From: Mobula hypostoma
Taxonomy: Eukaryota
Assembly: GCF_963921235.1 (NCBI RefSeq)
Contig: NC_086105.1
Span: 26,722,001-26,786,000, forward strand
Direction: 5' to 3'
DNA length: 64,000 nucleotides
Shown: positions 1-12,560 of the stretch, piece by piece
How the letters are laid out: each line of letters begins with the position of its first letter
Position numbering within the stretch: position 1 is the first letter of the stretch
Program-made: the position numbers and the translations under genes
Notes under the pieces: generated by a model
The model's database searches: none
What the model was told of the DNA's origin: nothing
The model's input: the letters and a program-made list of their open reading frames with translations, nothing else

Positions 1-215
1 TCATTCCACGAAATCATTCTAGTGAGCCTCCTCTGGAGCCTCTGCAATGCGAGCACGTATTTTCTTATGTAAGGGGCCCAAAATGCTCATAATATTCCAA
101 GTGTGGTCTAACCAATACCTTATGAAACCTCAGCATATTCTAGTCCTCCTGAAATGAACGCTAAAATTGCACTTGCCTTCTTTTACCACCAACTCAAGCT
201 ACAAATTAACCTGAT
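1..215 (-). mobile_element. CR1-type LINE fragment (3' part of ORF2), continuing at ~1112 after a Tc1 insertion
   Basis: Resembles the reverse complement of CR1 RT C-terminal sequence seen in better copies in this window (e.g. 40600-40800). Confidence 0.6.
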
Positions 216-224
216 AGCAATATT

Positions 225-1112
225 AGATTTACGCCACAGGTACCGCTTAAAAAAAACATGTCCCTGCTTATAAAGACTTTGCAAAGCATCACTTAGATGA
301 TACTGCAAAGATGTGGAAGAAGGTCTTCTGACCAGATGAGACTAAAGTGGAACTTTTTGGCCTCAATTCTAAGCAGTACATGTAACATAAATCTAATACT
401 GCACAATCAGACAGGTAACATCTTTCCCCTATTGTAAAGTACACTGGAGCTAACATCATGCTATGGGGATGCTCTTCAGAAGCAGGTCTGGAAATCTGGT
501 CAGGATTGATGGGAAGATGAATGGTGCTAAGTACAGAGAGATCCTGGATAAAAATCTGCTAGCCTCTGCCAGTAAGCCTAAACTAGGGAGGAAGTTTATC
601 TTTCAGCAGGACTATGACCCAAAGCACACTGCCAGAGCAACCATGGAGTGGCTTCAAATGAAGAAAATTGATGTCCTTGGGTCACCGATTCAGAGCCCTG
701 ACCTTAACCGATCAAGCATCTCTGGCAAGACCTTAAGATTGCTGTTCACCATCACTTCCCAACTAACCTGGCACAGCTTGAGCAATTTTGCAAAGAGGGG
801 CAAGTCTTGCTCCATCGAATGGTGCAAAGCTAATAGAGACTTATCCAAAAAGACTGCTGGCTGTAATAGCTGCAAGGGGTGGTTCAACTAAGTAGTGAGC
901 AGAGATGAATACTTTTGAACTGCTGACATTTAAGTTTTAGAACTTCCAGTTTTTCATGCTTTACAATGTTTCCTGTTTTTTGAGCTCAACTGGGAAAAAG
1001 GAGCTTGTGATTCACGCATAAAAATTCTCAGTTAAATTGATCAAAATCTCTAGCTGTAAAACTCATTTATGGGAACAAACAGTTGAGGACTGAATATTTT
1101 TTCAAGGCATCT
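225..1112 (+). mobile_element. Tc1/mariner transposon remnant (degenerate DDE transposase)
   Basis: ORF 463-891 has GNLVRIDGKMNGAKYREIL...FIFQQDYDPKHTA...QSPDLN. Upstream KVF*PDETK matches the WSDETK motif. 3' end resembles the copy at 12.6-13.6 kb. Confidence 0.9.
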
Positions 1113-3860
1113 GCCACTTCTTTGTCCATTCTCCCAGTCATCGTAGCCCTTCTGCAGATTCCCTGCTTCTGCAACCTGCCTTTGTATAGTCTGCGAACTT
1201 GGCCACAAAGCCATCAATTCCATCATCCAAATCTTTGATATACTGTATAATGTTAAAAGAATTCCCAATACCAACCCCTGCTGAACACCCTTAGTCACCA
1301 GCAGCCAACCAGAATAGGCCTGGTTTATTCCCACTCTTTGCCTCTTGCCAGTCAGCCAATCTTCTATCCATGCTCATACCTTTCCTGTAGTACCATGGGT
1401 ATTTATCTTAAGCTGCCTCATGTGTGGCATTTTGTCAAAGGCCTTCTGAAAATTAAACAACATCCACTGACTCTCCTTTTTCCATCTTGCTGTTATTTCC
1501 TCAAAGATTTTCAACAGATTTGTCAGGCAACATTTTCCCTTAAGGAAACAATCCTGACTTTGGCCTACAACCCTGGGGTGTAGACCATTTGGTCCAGGTC
1601 ATTTATCTACCTTCACACCCTTCAATTTTCCAAGCACCTTCTCTCTAGTAATAGCAACTTCATTCACTTCTGCTCCACAACACTCTTGAACTTCCAGCAT
1701 ACTATTAGTGTCTCCCACAGAGAAGACCGATGCAAAATACTTGATCAGTTCATCCGCCATTTCCTTGTCCTCCATTACCTCCACTCCAGCATCATTTTTC
1801 AGTGGTCTCATATCTACTATCGCCACTTTTTTACTCTTTATACATCTTAGAAAACTTTTGGCATCCTCTTTAATATTATTGCCTAGCTTACCTTTGATTT
1901 CCATCTTTTCCCTTCATGACTTTTTTCGTTGCCTTCTGTTGGTTTTTAAAAGCTTCTCAATCCTCCCACTTCCCACACATTTTTGCTCTATTATGTGTCC
2001 TCTCTTTGGGTTTTATGTTGGCTTTGATTCCCTTGTCAGCCACAGCTGTGTCATCCTGCCTTTAGAATACTACTACTTTGGGATGTAAATATCCTGTGCC
2101 TTCTGAATTGCTCCCAGAAACTCCAGCCATTGCTGCTCTGCCATCATCCCTGCTAGCGTCCTCTTCCAATCAACTTTGGCCAGCTTCTCTCTCAAACCTC
2201 TGTAATTCCCTTTACTTCACTCTCAAACTGCGTGGTGAATTCTATCACACTATGAACACTGTCCCATAAGGGGGTTCTTTACCTTACGTTAAGCACTCTG
2301 ATCAATTTCGGTTCATTGAACAACACCCAATCCAGAATAGCTAATCCCTAGTGGGCTCAACCACACTAAAAACGCCATCTTGTTGGCATTCTACAAATTC
2401 CTCCTCTTGGGCTCCAGCATCAACCTGATTTTCCCAATCTACCTACACAATGAAATCCCCTATGACTATCATAACATTGCTCTTTTGATACGCATTTTCT
2501 ATACCCTATTGTAATTTGTAGCCTACATCTTTGCTACTGTTCAAAGGTCTGGAAAAAACTCCCATCGGAGAATTTTTGCCCTTGCAGTCTTTTAGCTCTA
2601 CCCACAACAATTCTACATGTTCTGATCCCATGTCACGTCTCTCTTAAGGATTAGATTTCATCTTTTACCAACAGAGCCCCAACCACCCCCTCTGTGGGTT
2701 CTATGTTTTGATTCTATGTGTCTCCTTGAATGTTAAGCTCCCAGCTATGATCTTCCTTCAGCCACAACTCAGTGATGCTGCCACATCATACATGCCAATC
2801 TCTAACTGTGCTACAAGTTAATCTACCTTATTCCATATATTGCTTGCATTTAAATATATCACCTTCAGTCCTGTATTTGTCACCTTTTTTGATTTTGCCC
2901 CCATGTTACACTTCAACTCATCCCACTGTCTGCAATTTTGCCCGATCATCTGCCTGTTCTTCCTCACAGTCCCTCTACACAATGCATTGACTTGTACACC
3001 AAATGACCCCATCCTCAGCTCTATCACTCTGGTACCCATTCCCCTGCCAAATTAGTTTAAGCCTTCCTCAACAGTTCTAGCAAACCTACCCACAAGAATA
3101 TAGGTTCCCCTCAGCTTCAGGTGTAACCAGTCCTTTTTGTGCAGGTCATACCTTCCCCATAAGAGATCCCAATGATCCCTAAATTTGAAACCCTGCCCCT
3201 TGCACCACTTTCTCATCTGTATTATCATCCTATTCCTGCCATGAGTGACACGTGGTACAGGGAGTAATACCTTGGAGGTCCTCTTCTTCAGTCCCTTCCC
3301 TAATTCCCTATACTCACTGTGCGGGACCTCTTCCCACTTTCTACCCATGGCACTGGTACCAACATACACCACAACCTCCGGCTGCTTGCCCTCCCTCTTG
3401 AGAAATTTCTGCAGCCACTCTGAGACTTTCTGGACCCTAGTATCAGAGAGGCAACACAACATCCTGGTATCTCTTTTGCAGCCAGAGAATCTCCTGTCTG
3501 TCCTTCTAACTACTGAGTCTCCTCTCACTGTAGCTCTGACTGACTTTACCCTTTCCTGCTGAGTATCAGAGCAAGCCACAGTGCTACTGGCTTGGAGGCT
3601 GCTGCTGTCTCTTCGTAGGTCATTCTCCACCCCAACCCCCACAGCAGTGTCCAAAAGAGGAAACTTGTTGCTGAAGGAAATGGCTACAGGGAAACCCTGC
3701 ACTGACTGCTTACTTCCCTTACTTCTCCTGGTGGTCACCCATCTATTCTTTGAAGCTTGCACTTTGGATATGACCACCTCAGTAAAAATCTCATCATGGT
3801 GCTTTCAGCCTCCCAGATGGTCCTGAGAACATTCAGATCCAGCTCCCATTCTTTGCAAAA
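1112..3860 (-). mobile_element. CR1 LINE, degenerate: ORF1 (SGNH esterase-like) plus ORF2 (APE/RT) pieces
   Basis: ORF 3052-3777 has WVTTRR...VRGDSVVRRTDRRF...PEVVVYVGT...DWLHL (CR1 ORF1). 2818-3039 has GLKVIYLNASNIWNKVD (APE start). 1599-1904 has EMADELIKYFASVFS. RT motifs lie near 1150-1330. Confidence 0.9.
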
Positions 3861-4184
3861 ATGTCCGAAAAAAGATGCAACGGTCTCTGTTGCTGATGCT
3901 TTTTTGCTGGTATGGGGTGGGGGCATTGCCTTGCTGCTGCTTGTGCATGGGAGGGGGGAGCTGGGGGGGGGCTTTCATGTACTAACATTTAACTGTCATT
4001 CATTCTTTGGGGCACTCCTGTTTTTGTGGATGTTTGCGAAGAAAAAGAACCTCAGGATGAATATAGTATACATTTTTCTGTCATTAAACGTACTTATTGA
4101 ATCTGTTGTGGTTCATCCCAAGCAGTTAAATAATAGGAAGCTTTCTGACCAATAGGTCAGATTAATACCAAAGCAAACATCATG

Positions 4185-4390
4185 TTACTGACAGATCAAC
4201 AACTCTGTGAAAGAAGCTCTTTGGTCTGCCTAAAGCTTCTTGGTCTTCCAGTACAAGAAGATTCTGTGAGGGAATGCTGTCATTTGGCCCAGACCAGGCT
4301 GCAGGAGTGCATGCTAGGAAAGCACTGAAGCTTGCTGCAGCTAACGCAGAGGCTTTGTGGCGAAGGATTACATTCAAAATGCAAATACAC
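4185..4390 (+). mobile_element. Tx1-like LINE 3' fragment
   Basis: Translates with shifts to INSVKEALWSA...ECCHLAQTRLQECMLGKALKLAAANAEALW, resembling the Tx1 ORF2 C-terminus. Confidence 0.5.
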
Positions 4391-4629
4391 AAGACATTGA
4401 GAGGGTGAGTCTTGTGTGAATACCTCTCAAATTCTAAGATTGAATTGGCCAAGAAGGCCATGTGTGCAATCATGTTCTGTATACAGAATATGATAACTTT
4501 ACAAATGAATAGGACCTATAATACTGAATGTAGGCAAAATGACACCAGGAATGCAAAAAGAAATTCATGCAGAGCTTTCTTGGTATTTCTTCTATATACT
4601 TCATGGATAAGTTTCATTTTTGAAATATA

Positions 4630-5215
4630 TTTTTAAAAAACACTGGATAGACTAGGTTTGTATCTACAGGAATTTAGAAGAGGAAGAGAATGTAGCTGAA
4701 ACATAGAAGATCCAGGGCAGTCTTGACTGATTGGACATGGGAAGAATGTTTCCTTCTGAAGGAGAGTTAGAACCAGTTATCTGTTTAAAAATAAGGAGTC
4801 ATCTTTTTAAGGCAGAGATAAGGTAAATGTTTTCTCTCAAAAAGTCAAGAGTGTTTGGAACTCTCTTCCTCAAAGGGATGACCTCATGAAGGCTTTTAAA
4901 ATTATGAGGCATATAGTTGTAGTCACAGTCTTTTTCCCCCCAAGCGAAGGAGTCTAAAACGAGAGGTCATGGGTTTAAGGTGAGAGAGAAGTTTTTAAAA
5001 AAAATCCAAGAAGCTAGTTTTTCCACACAGAACTCTCAAAGGAGCTGGTGGAACCAGAATACAGTGTTTAAGGAATTTGGGTAGATACCTGGATAAAAAA
5101 AAGAGTAAAGGGACACAGGGCTAATGCAGGATTAGCATAGACAAGCATCATTGTAAGCATGGACAAACTGGGCAAAAAGACCTATTTCTGTGCTGTACAG
5201 TTCTATGATTCTAAT
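4630..5215 (+). mobile_element. CR1 LINE 3' fragments
   Basis: Degenerate match to CR1 3' ends elsewhere in the window, ending CTGTGCTGTACAGTTCTATGATTCTA. Confidence 0.65.
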
Positions 5216-5949
5216 TAATGACTCCGAAGCATATAGCCACATTAGGCTCTCTAGGTTATTTTGTACTCAGCATTAAAATAAGCTTTAAAACTCATCAGAT
5301 ATGGTTCGACCTACAGAGTGACCAGCAAACATCCCAAAAATAATTGTGGATATAAGTAATTGAGTTTATATGCCTCAATCTTATTTCCTTCAACATGTAG
5401 AATGTTAGTGTACCAAAGTAAGGTTTTTGACTAATGTCCAACCACTTTTATGTGCAATGAAACCACTACTTTCTCTAAATCCCAACTTCTCTTTGGAAGA
5501 AGCAATGACCTCCACCATTCCCTGTGGCAAAGTGTTCCTGGTCCAAGAAATATCTTAGCTTCCATAAATACAATTTCCTAAACCAACACCAGCAATTGAA
5601 CTTTTCATCATTGTACAGAGGTTGTCATGAGCCTGTCAAGCTTCTTTCCCGTGAAAACTATACATTACATATCTCCAACCCTGCTAGACAACTTGGCAAT
5701 TCGAAGCTACGATCAACCAGGTGTACTTTTGGAGGTTGTAGATGCTGTAGTGCAGAATAATATCTTATTGGAGTGGCCCAATAATTGTTATAACCCATGC
5801 TTCTAGGATTCGATTACATTTTAATCAGTCCTCCAGAAAACAGAGCGAGCTGTATAAACTAAACATTCACCCGCATTGTTATTTCTAATACTCGGCATTG
5901 GAGACAGAAGGAAATAAGGCTGAAAATACTGCAGCAGATCTCCCAGAAC

Positions 5950-6430
5950 ACAACAACTGCGGTACCGACATTTACTCTCCGTTCAACTTTGATCAAAGGC
6001 ATTTTTCGACGAGCAATGGGGCATCTCGGTGGCGGCGAAGAGCGCCAGATACCGTCAACGAACCACAACTCCCCCAGGCCTACGTTTATCCCAAGGCAGA
6101 AGTTTTATCTCCCAATCCTACACAGGGCTCCGGGCGGTCCGAATCTCCGCCATTACCCCGCTCCTATTGCTGTTGCTGGAGCCAGGGCCAGTGGCAGGGG
6201 CCGGTACTTAGGAGGCTAACCGACTGCTCACCTGTTCAACAGCCTCCGCCAACCTGGCGCTTGGGTCTACCTGTTCCTGGGCAGCAGCGCGCGCCCTCCC
6301 ACCCGGAAGTGTTTGTCACGTAGCCGCGCTGCGCGGACTTCCACATGGCGATATGTTCGCCGGCTCTCCGGCTGCAGAACGGGCATCTTTCGGACACCCG
6401 GAGCCTCTCCGCTGTAGACAGCACCTATGG
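5950..6430 (-). promoter_or_regulatory. CpG-island housekeeping-type promoter with non-coding first exon (ends 6232); probably the 5' end of CCDC91
   Basis: CpG-dense. ETS sites CCGGAAGT 6303-6310 and ACTTCC 6337-6342; YY1-like ACATGGCG 6343-6350; minus-strand donor CAG|GTGAGC at 6232/6231. Gene identity rests only on synteny with PTHLH/KLHL42; no coding exon is in the window. Confidence 0.6.
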
Positions 6431-7394
6431 GGGGAAAGAGTTATTAATACTTGCATTTTAAATTAAAATGCAAAATAACTTGTTATGCAGTATGCCAAAA
6501 TTTCTCGCCCCGAAACGTCAACAGTTTATTCACTTCCGTAGATGCTGCCTGACTTCGAATGTTGTGTGTGTTGCTTCGGATTTGCTCAACATCTGCCGAA
6601 TAACTTGTGTTAAAAATTCCTCTGGTCTTTGCACACAGTCATTTTCCCTTCGGGTTGTGCGGTATCTTGAGATCTTGTCCAGCTTAAGTTTCATGTTTGT
6701 TCCCACCAGACAATACAACTGATTTTTGTAAGAAGTCCTGCGATGTTTCGGGCCAACAGCCTTCATCAGGACTGGAAAGGAAGGGGTTAAATAAAATGGC
6801 TAAATCTGTGAAATTCCAGGATACGAAATGATACAGAGCGAAAACAAGCAGACTTTGGAATTTACAAAAAAGAAACCACATTGATCTCAATGAGCGGCGA
6901 AACAGCCTCGAGGGCTAAGTCCTGTACAGTATTCCGATTTCCATGATCAAATGATCAGATTTTCATTTTTTGAATCATTTAAACTATTCATATCACTTTT
7001 CCCGTAGAATGCATGAATCCAATTTGGATCCATCATTTCTACCCCTTTTGGTTATTTGCAGGACTTATTTTTTAAAAGAAAACTATTTGTGTTGTCTGGG
7101 TGGGAACAAACATGAAATTGTGGTTGGGCAAGGTCAAGATACTGTGATACCCAAAGGGAAAGTGACCCTGTGTAAATGACCAGAGGAATTTTAACCTACT
7201 ACATTGTAGTGCTTATTTTAATTTAAATTGCACATATTAATTACTCTTTTCCTTCTACCCTCACACCTCAACAAGAACCACTTGGTTTTATCAAATGTGC
7301 AAGCATATTGACAAACAGCTGAAAAAAATTAAGATCAACAACAGAACTTATGAGGGATGCTCCTAGCAAGAAACCGATCGGAGAGTCCCCGGCG

Positions 7395-7775
7395 ACACAT
7401 ACAAAATGCTGGAGGATCTCGGCAAGTCAGACATCTTTGGAGGGAATAAACAGTTGACGTTTTGGGCTGAGCCCTTCATCAGGATTGGAAATACAGGAGG
7501 CAGAGCTCCACCGCAAAGTCTCTTCGAGGTATACCTATCCTGAAGAAGTTTAAATCTTCTTTTTCATGAGAATTCAATGAAACCCTGCACACTGCTCCCC
7601 TCTGTTATCTGCCCTTTTTGGCTTCTGCCTGATGAAAGTCCTGATAAGAGTTGTCAGCCTGAAATGTTAACTGTTTATTCACCTCCATAGATGCTTCCTG
7701 AATTGCTGAGTTTCTCCAGCGTTTTGTGTGTGTGGCTCAGTAATTCCAACATCTGCAGAATCTTTGTGCTTTTGA
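7395..7775. mobile_element. Degenerate Penelope-derived terminal repeats in inverted arrangement, with decayed hammerhead motifs
   Basis: Minus copy AAACAGTTGACGTTTTGGGCTGAGCCCTTCATCAGG (~7448-7483). Plus copy CTGATAAGAG...CTGAAATGTTAACTG followed by ATAGATGCTTCC. Confidence 0.6.
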
Positions 7776-7964
7776 GAATCTCCAGGTTTCTGAATGAATT
7801 TTCAAAACTGAAAGCTTGTGGCATAAGCAATTCAGGATTATTGGGCATGAAATTTGACTGTTGCTGTCGTATGACATGATAACAGTGAATCGGCAGACTA
7901 TTTTGCACAATAGTCAATGACTAAGAAAATTCAGTGAGTTTTAGAATAGGGAATAAATTGTGAA

Positions 7965-8455
7965 CAGTTTTGAGCTCATCTAAGAAAAGATGTGCTGGCA
8001 TTGGAGAGGGTTCAGAGAAGGTTCACAAAGATGATTCTGGGAATGAAGGGGTTATCACATGAGGAACGTTTGATGGCTCACTGGAATTTAGAAGGATGAT
8101 GGGGGGGAATCTCATTAAAACCTTTCAAATATTGAAAGGCCTAGGTAGAGTAGATGTGGAAAGGATGGGAGAGTCTAGGACAAGAGGGCACAGCCTCAGG
8201 ATAGAGGGGCATCCTTTCAAACAGAGATGCAGAGAAACTAGAGGGTGTTGAATTTGTGGAATTTATTACCGCAGGCAGCTGTGTAGGTCAGGTCGCTGGG
8301 TGTATTTAAGGCGGAGATTGATAGGTTCTTGATTGGACACGGCATTAAAGGTTACGGGGAGAAGGCCAGGGTGTGGGACTCAGGAGGGGAAAAAAGAATC
8401 AGCATTTGATATATTATCAAATAGCCTAATTCTGCTCCTTTGTCTTATGGTCTCA
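7965..8455 (+). mobile_element. CR1 LINE 3' fragment
   Basis: Encodes RKDVLALERVQRRFTKMILGMKGLSHEER-like sequence followed by a CR1 3'UTR. Confidence 0.8.
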
Positions 8456-11045
8456 GATTCACCACCTTGTTTAAATCTATTACCAAAGTTGAATTTCACT
8501 CATCTTTTATTCTGCTGTCAATGGTACACTGGTTTGGCTGGTTACAACAGATATACAATGTACTAGAAGAATCAGGTCCATACTAGAAGTAAATCACATT
8601 TCAAAACTACCATTAAGAGAACAGTTTGTCCAAAGATAGCCTTAAGGTGATATTTGTACTGCAGTAAATTAGCTTTACCTTCATCCTAAGGCAATGTAGG
8701 TCTTATGGTTGGCACAGCTCACTAATGATTGGTTGTGCAGTCTTGCAGAAAGAATGTTTAATCTGACAGTTTTTTTAAATCCTTGAATAGTACATTCTTG
8801 GGCTTGACAGAGCATGTATTTATAACTTTCTTATGTTCAAGGAGGATCAGCTATTTTACAGAATAAACATTAATGCAATCGTGAAGCAGAATTGTGCTAA
8901 AAGCATTATAATTAATGTTTTCTTTATAATGCAATAGCATACTTTAACTTTAAAGAATGTTAACTTTACATATGCTGTTCTGTCAGGGTCTTACGCCGTG
9001 CAAATTAATTTAGATTATGAAGACACGTAGTCCTCTTTTATTGTCATTTAGTAATGCATACATTAAGAAATGATACATTACTTTATCCGGTGTGATATCA
9101 CAAAACACAGGACAAACCAAGACTGAAAAAACTGACAAAACCACATAATTATAACATATAGTTACAACAGTGCACAATACCATAACTTGATGAAGAAGTC
9201 CATGAGCACAGTAAAGTTCAAAGTTTCTCAAATGTACCACATCTCACGCAGATGGGAGAAGGAAGAAAAACTCCCCCGCCATGCCGACCACAATCCGACT
9301 CTGAGTCATCCGAAAACATCGAGCTCTGATCAGCTCTCCGACACCGAGTACTGAGCGCCATCTCTGTCGGAACGATTCGACCTCCTTCTCAGTCGCCAAA
9401 AGCAGGCAAGGCCGGGGACTTTGAGGCCTACCCTCCGAAAGATTCCCAACCACACAATTGCATATCAAATAACAATTCCATGAAAAATCCTTTCAGCAAG
9501 TATATTATCTGATATATAAACAAAATGCTGGGATGTGGAGAAAATTATCTGAAAAACCATGTACCCAGGAAATTTGAAGGAAGATTCTAAAATATTGTAT
9601 GTAAGGTTTGATTCAGTGAACATGACTGTGTCAAACTGCTCAGCTAGTCTTGGGATGGCTCTTTAATTTTCACATCAGTCCCTATATTTTACTCATTCAA
9701 TTGATATAGGCTGTTGCAGACTGAGCAAACTGACCTCCCTTAATGGAGTATTTTGAAAGATGACTGGAGCAGAACAACTTGCTGCATCCAATTAAGTCCG
9801 TTGGTTGTCAGGTGGTCTGCTCGGTTGTACTCTTTTCCTGTTTTGTCACAACAGCTGTCACACAATTGAGTGGATTTTAAGACTATTGCAATCAACCACA
9901 TTTGGCCAGGAACTGCATTCGGGCCACAATGGCAGGTTAAGTCTTCTGAAGGTATCATTGAATCAAGTGGTGGTACGATACGCACCCAACCGTGCCAGTT
10001 TCCGGAGAGTAAACTAGCTCTCTGGAATATGGATGGCTGGCTCGGCCCCTTTAAAGATTCGGGGCCGTCCCACTAATTAGCGATCATGTTTTGGGTGCCA
10101 AGAATTGAGTATTTAAGGAGCACCTGAATGGAGCCTCAGGGCTCAAACATAAGCCCTACCAGTGATATCATCTCGTGTTTGTTTTGTGCTCAGTTCTCGA
10201 TCCAGTCTGATACTCCAGCTAGGATCCAAACTATCTGCATGAAGGACTCTCATCACAAATGGATATTTATAAAAATCTTATGGCCGTTGATATTGATCTG
10301 TTTTTTAAAATTCCAGGTTGTTATATGAATGTCAATTGAATATCTGCTAAGCTTTTATGTTACTGGTCCAGTAATTTAAATGCTAATTCACTGCCAAACC
10401 CCTTCATAAAACCCCAAAATATCAAATTGACTTTGCATCCTATACTGTTGTTTCAATAACTAGTTGTATGCCATGAAAGAATATTTCGTAACCAATAGAT
10501 GATGAAGAAATCAACAGGGACATTAAGAAATATTAGTAAGAACTTACCTCTCGGACTAAAAAACTGTTGATATTGTCACCTCCTTGTTTGTGTCAGTGTT
10601 CATTTACATTCTTCTCAAGTGTTTTCAATCTGGACCTAAAATAGCACCTGAACTCTTTATCCTTTACAACTACAGTGAATTACCTTTGTGGACACACAAA
10701 AGCCACTACATTGTGTCCATTAACTAAATCATATTATGGCATTTATTTTTTATCTACTGATAATGAGGATACATTAAGATAGCTAACACTGGTGAGGTAC
10801 CAATATTTAATTTAACACAGGTAATTCTCAGATGTACACAATTAGAAAGTGGCGATTTTTGACAGAAATCCACGATTGTACACTGGACTGCATCACCATA
10901 ACCCTACTCTATATGCTTCTTGCTGTCATGAGGTAGCCATCAATGTGCACACTAATCTTTACCATGAAAAAGGATCTACTGCTTTCTTGGCGTATATGAC
11001 AAATAAACTCTTCTCGGGCTCTCGCCCAGGTACAGGTATGGATTT

Positions 11046-11090
11046 CAACCGAGGTTTCGATGACAAGCTCTGCCATCTTCCTCAGGGATG
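11046..11090 (-). ncRNA. Minimal type-I hammerhead ribozyme motif (family 2, slightly degenerate) in a Penelope-like terminal fragment
   Basis: Minus strand reads CAUCC CUGAGGA AGAUGGCAGAGCUUGUCAUC GAAA CC UC GGUUG. Helix II is GAUGGCA/UGUCAUC; helix I has one mismatch. Confidence 0.6.
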
Positions 11091-11186
11091 ATGCCTGGGC
11101 GTGCCTAGTCCAGTAGTATATATCATGATCTTTACCATGATTGCATCATCCACATTTTTCTATCAAAAGTATGTACCTGCACTTCA

Positions 11187-11440
11187 AGCAACACACATCA
11201 AAGTTGCTGGTGAACGCAGCAGGCCAGGCAGCATCTCTAGGAAGAGGTACAGTCGACATTTCCGGCCGAGACCCTTCATCAGGACTAGTAAAGCTCTTTC
11301 TTCAGATAGTCCTGACGAAGGGTCTCGGCCCGAAACATCGACTGTACCTCTTCCTAGAGATGCTGCCTGGCCTGCTGCGTTCACCAGCAACTTTGATGTG
11401 TGTTGCTTGAATTTCCAGCATCTGCAGAATTCCTTGTGTA
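11187..11440. mobile_element. Non-autonomous Penelope-derived fold-back element (~105-bp inverted arms, 19-nt spacer), 13-bp TSD
   Basis: Arms 11183-11287 and 11307-11411. TSD TACCTGCACTTCA at 11174-11186 and 11441-11453. Confidence 0.85.
11307..11344 (+). ncRNA. Minimal type-I hammerhead ribozyme motif (family 1)
   Basis: UAGUC CUGACGA AGGGUCUCGGCCC GAAA CA UC GACUG. Helix I is UAGUC/GACUG. A mirror copy lies on the minus strand at 11250-11287. Confidence 0.75.
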
Positions 11441-12199
11441 TACCTGCACTTCAGTGCTATTTTTAATCATCAAACACTTAACTACACTGATAAACAGCTA
11501 CCACGCAGACCAATCTAATCTCCAATATCTTCAAATGTTACCAAGTATAGCTTTTGAATCCCTAAGCCTTTTTTAATTAAAAGTATAATTGTTTCTTTGC
11601 TACATTATTTGATAATTTTATTCCTATATTACGTCAAATTTGACTGTACAAGATCAGGACAAATTCAACAGCATTGATATCATTGGATAGCCTATGGGGT
11701 AGCTAATTATTGCAAAGTTTAATTTGAAATTTTTATAGACATATTAATTAATTATCTAAAATTGACAATCAAAATGAGAACAGCCTGACTGGGAAGATAA
11801 GTAAAGAACTAAGGAACTTTCTCCTTCACTTTATGGATGTGCTCACAATAAGGTACTGTAAGTGATGCAATTGCTGTTGTGACACACTATAATGAACAGC
11901 TGTATACCAGCTGGAAATTTTGTGCTGTGGTTAAAACTGCACCTGTGTTGTAAAGGAAAAATGTAGTTACATTATGTTTTTTTCCACATGTTATCTTGGG
12001 GCATTTCACCCTCCCAATTTCCAATTATATTTTGAAAGTAATACATACTAAATGATGCAAGTCAAACACAGTAGGTTCAATTGTATGCTTCAGTAAACAG
12101 TTTTAAATATTACTTTTGTCCAGGGACAGTTAAAAAGTTACAGTCTCAGGAAATGACGACTCACTCACTGTCTAAGTGTTTTCACAATGAATACATTCA

Positions 12200-12560
12200 G
12201 ATTCAAAAAGTTCAAAGTAAACAAGTTATCAAAATACATATATCAGAATCAGGTTTAATATCGCCAACATATGTCATCAAATTTGTTAACCATATACAAC
12301 CCTAAGGTTCATTTGCTTATGGGCAATCACAATAAATACAAGCAACATGATAGTCTCAATCAAAGACTGCACCCAACAGGACAGACAGCAACCAATATGC
12401 AAAAAGAAAACAACTAACTGTGCAAGTACAAAAAGAAAGAGAGAAAATAATAATAATAAATAAATAAGCAATAGATGAAGAGTCCTTAAAAGTGAGTCCA
12501 TAGACTGTGGAAACAGTTCAGTGATGGGCGAGTGAAGTTATTCCCTCTGGTAAAAGAGCC
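12200..12560 (-). mobile_element. Rex1/Babar-like LINE 3' end
   Basis: Reverse complement of the 3'UTR seen at 42400-42790 (…AAATGAATCTCAGGGTTGTATATGG…TTTACTTTGAACTTT). Confidence 0.55.

Noticed and set aside
5898-6424. Overlapping ORFs in the CpG island
   Set aside because: GC-rich stop-poor sequence with no recognisable protein; better explained as promoter, first exon and intron.
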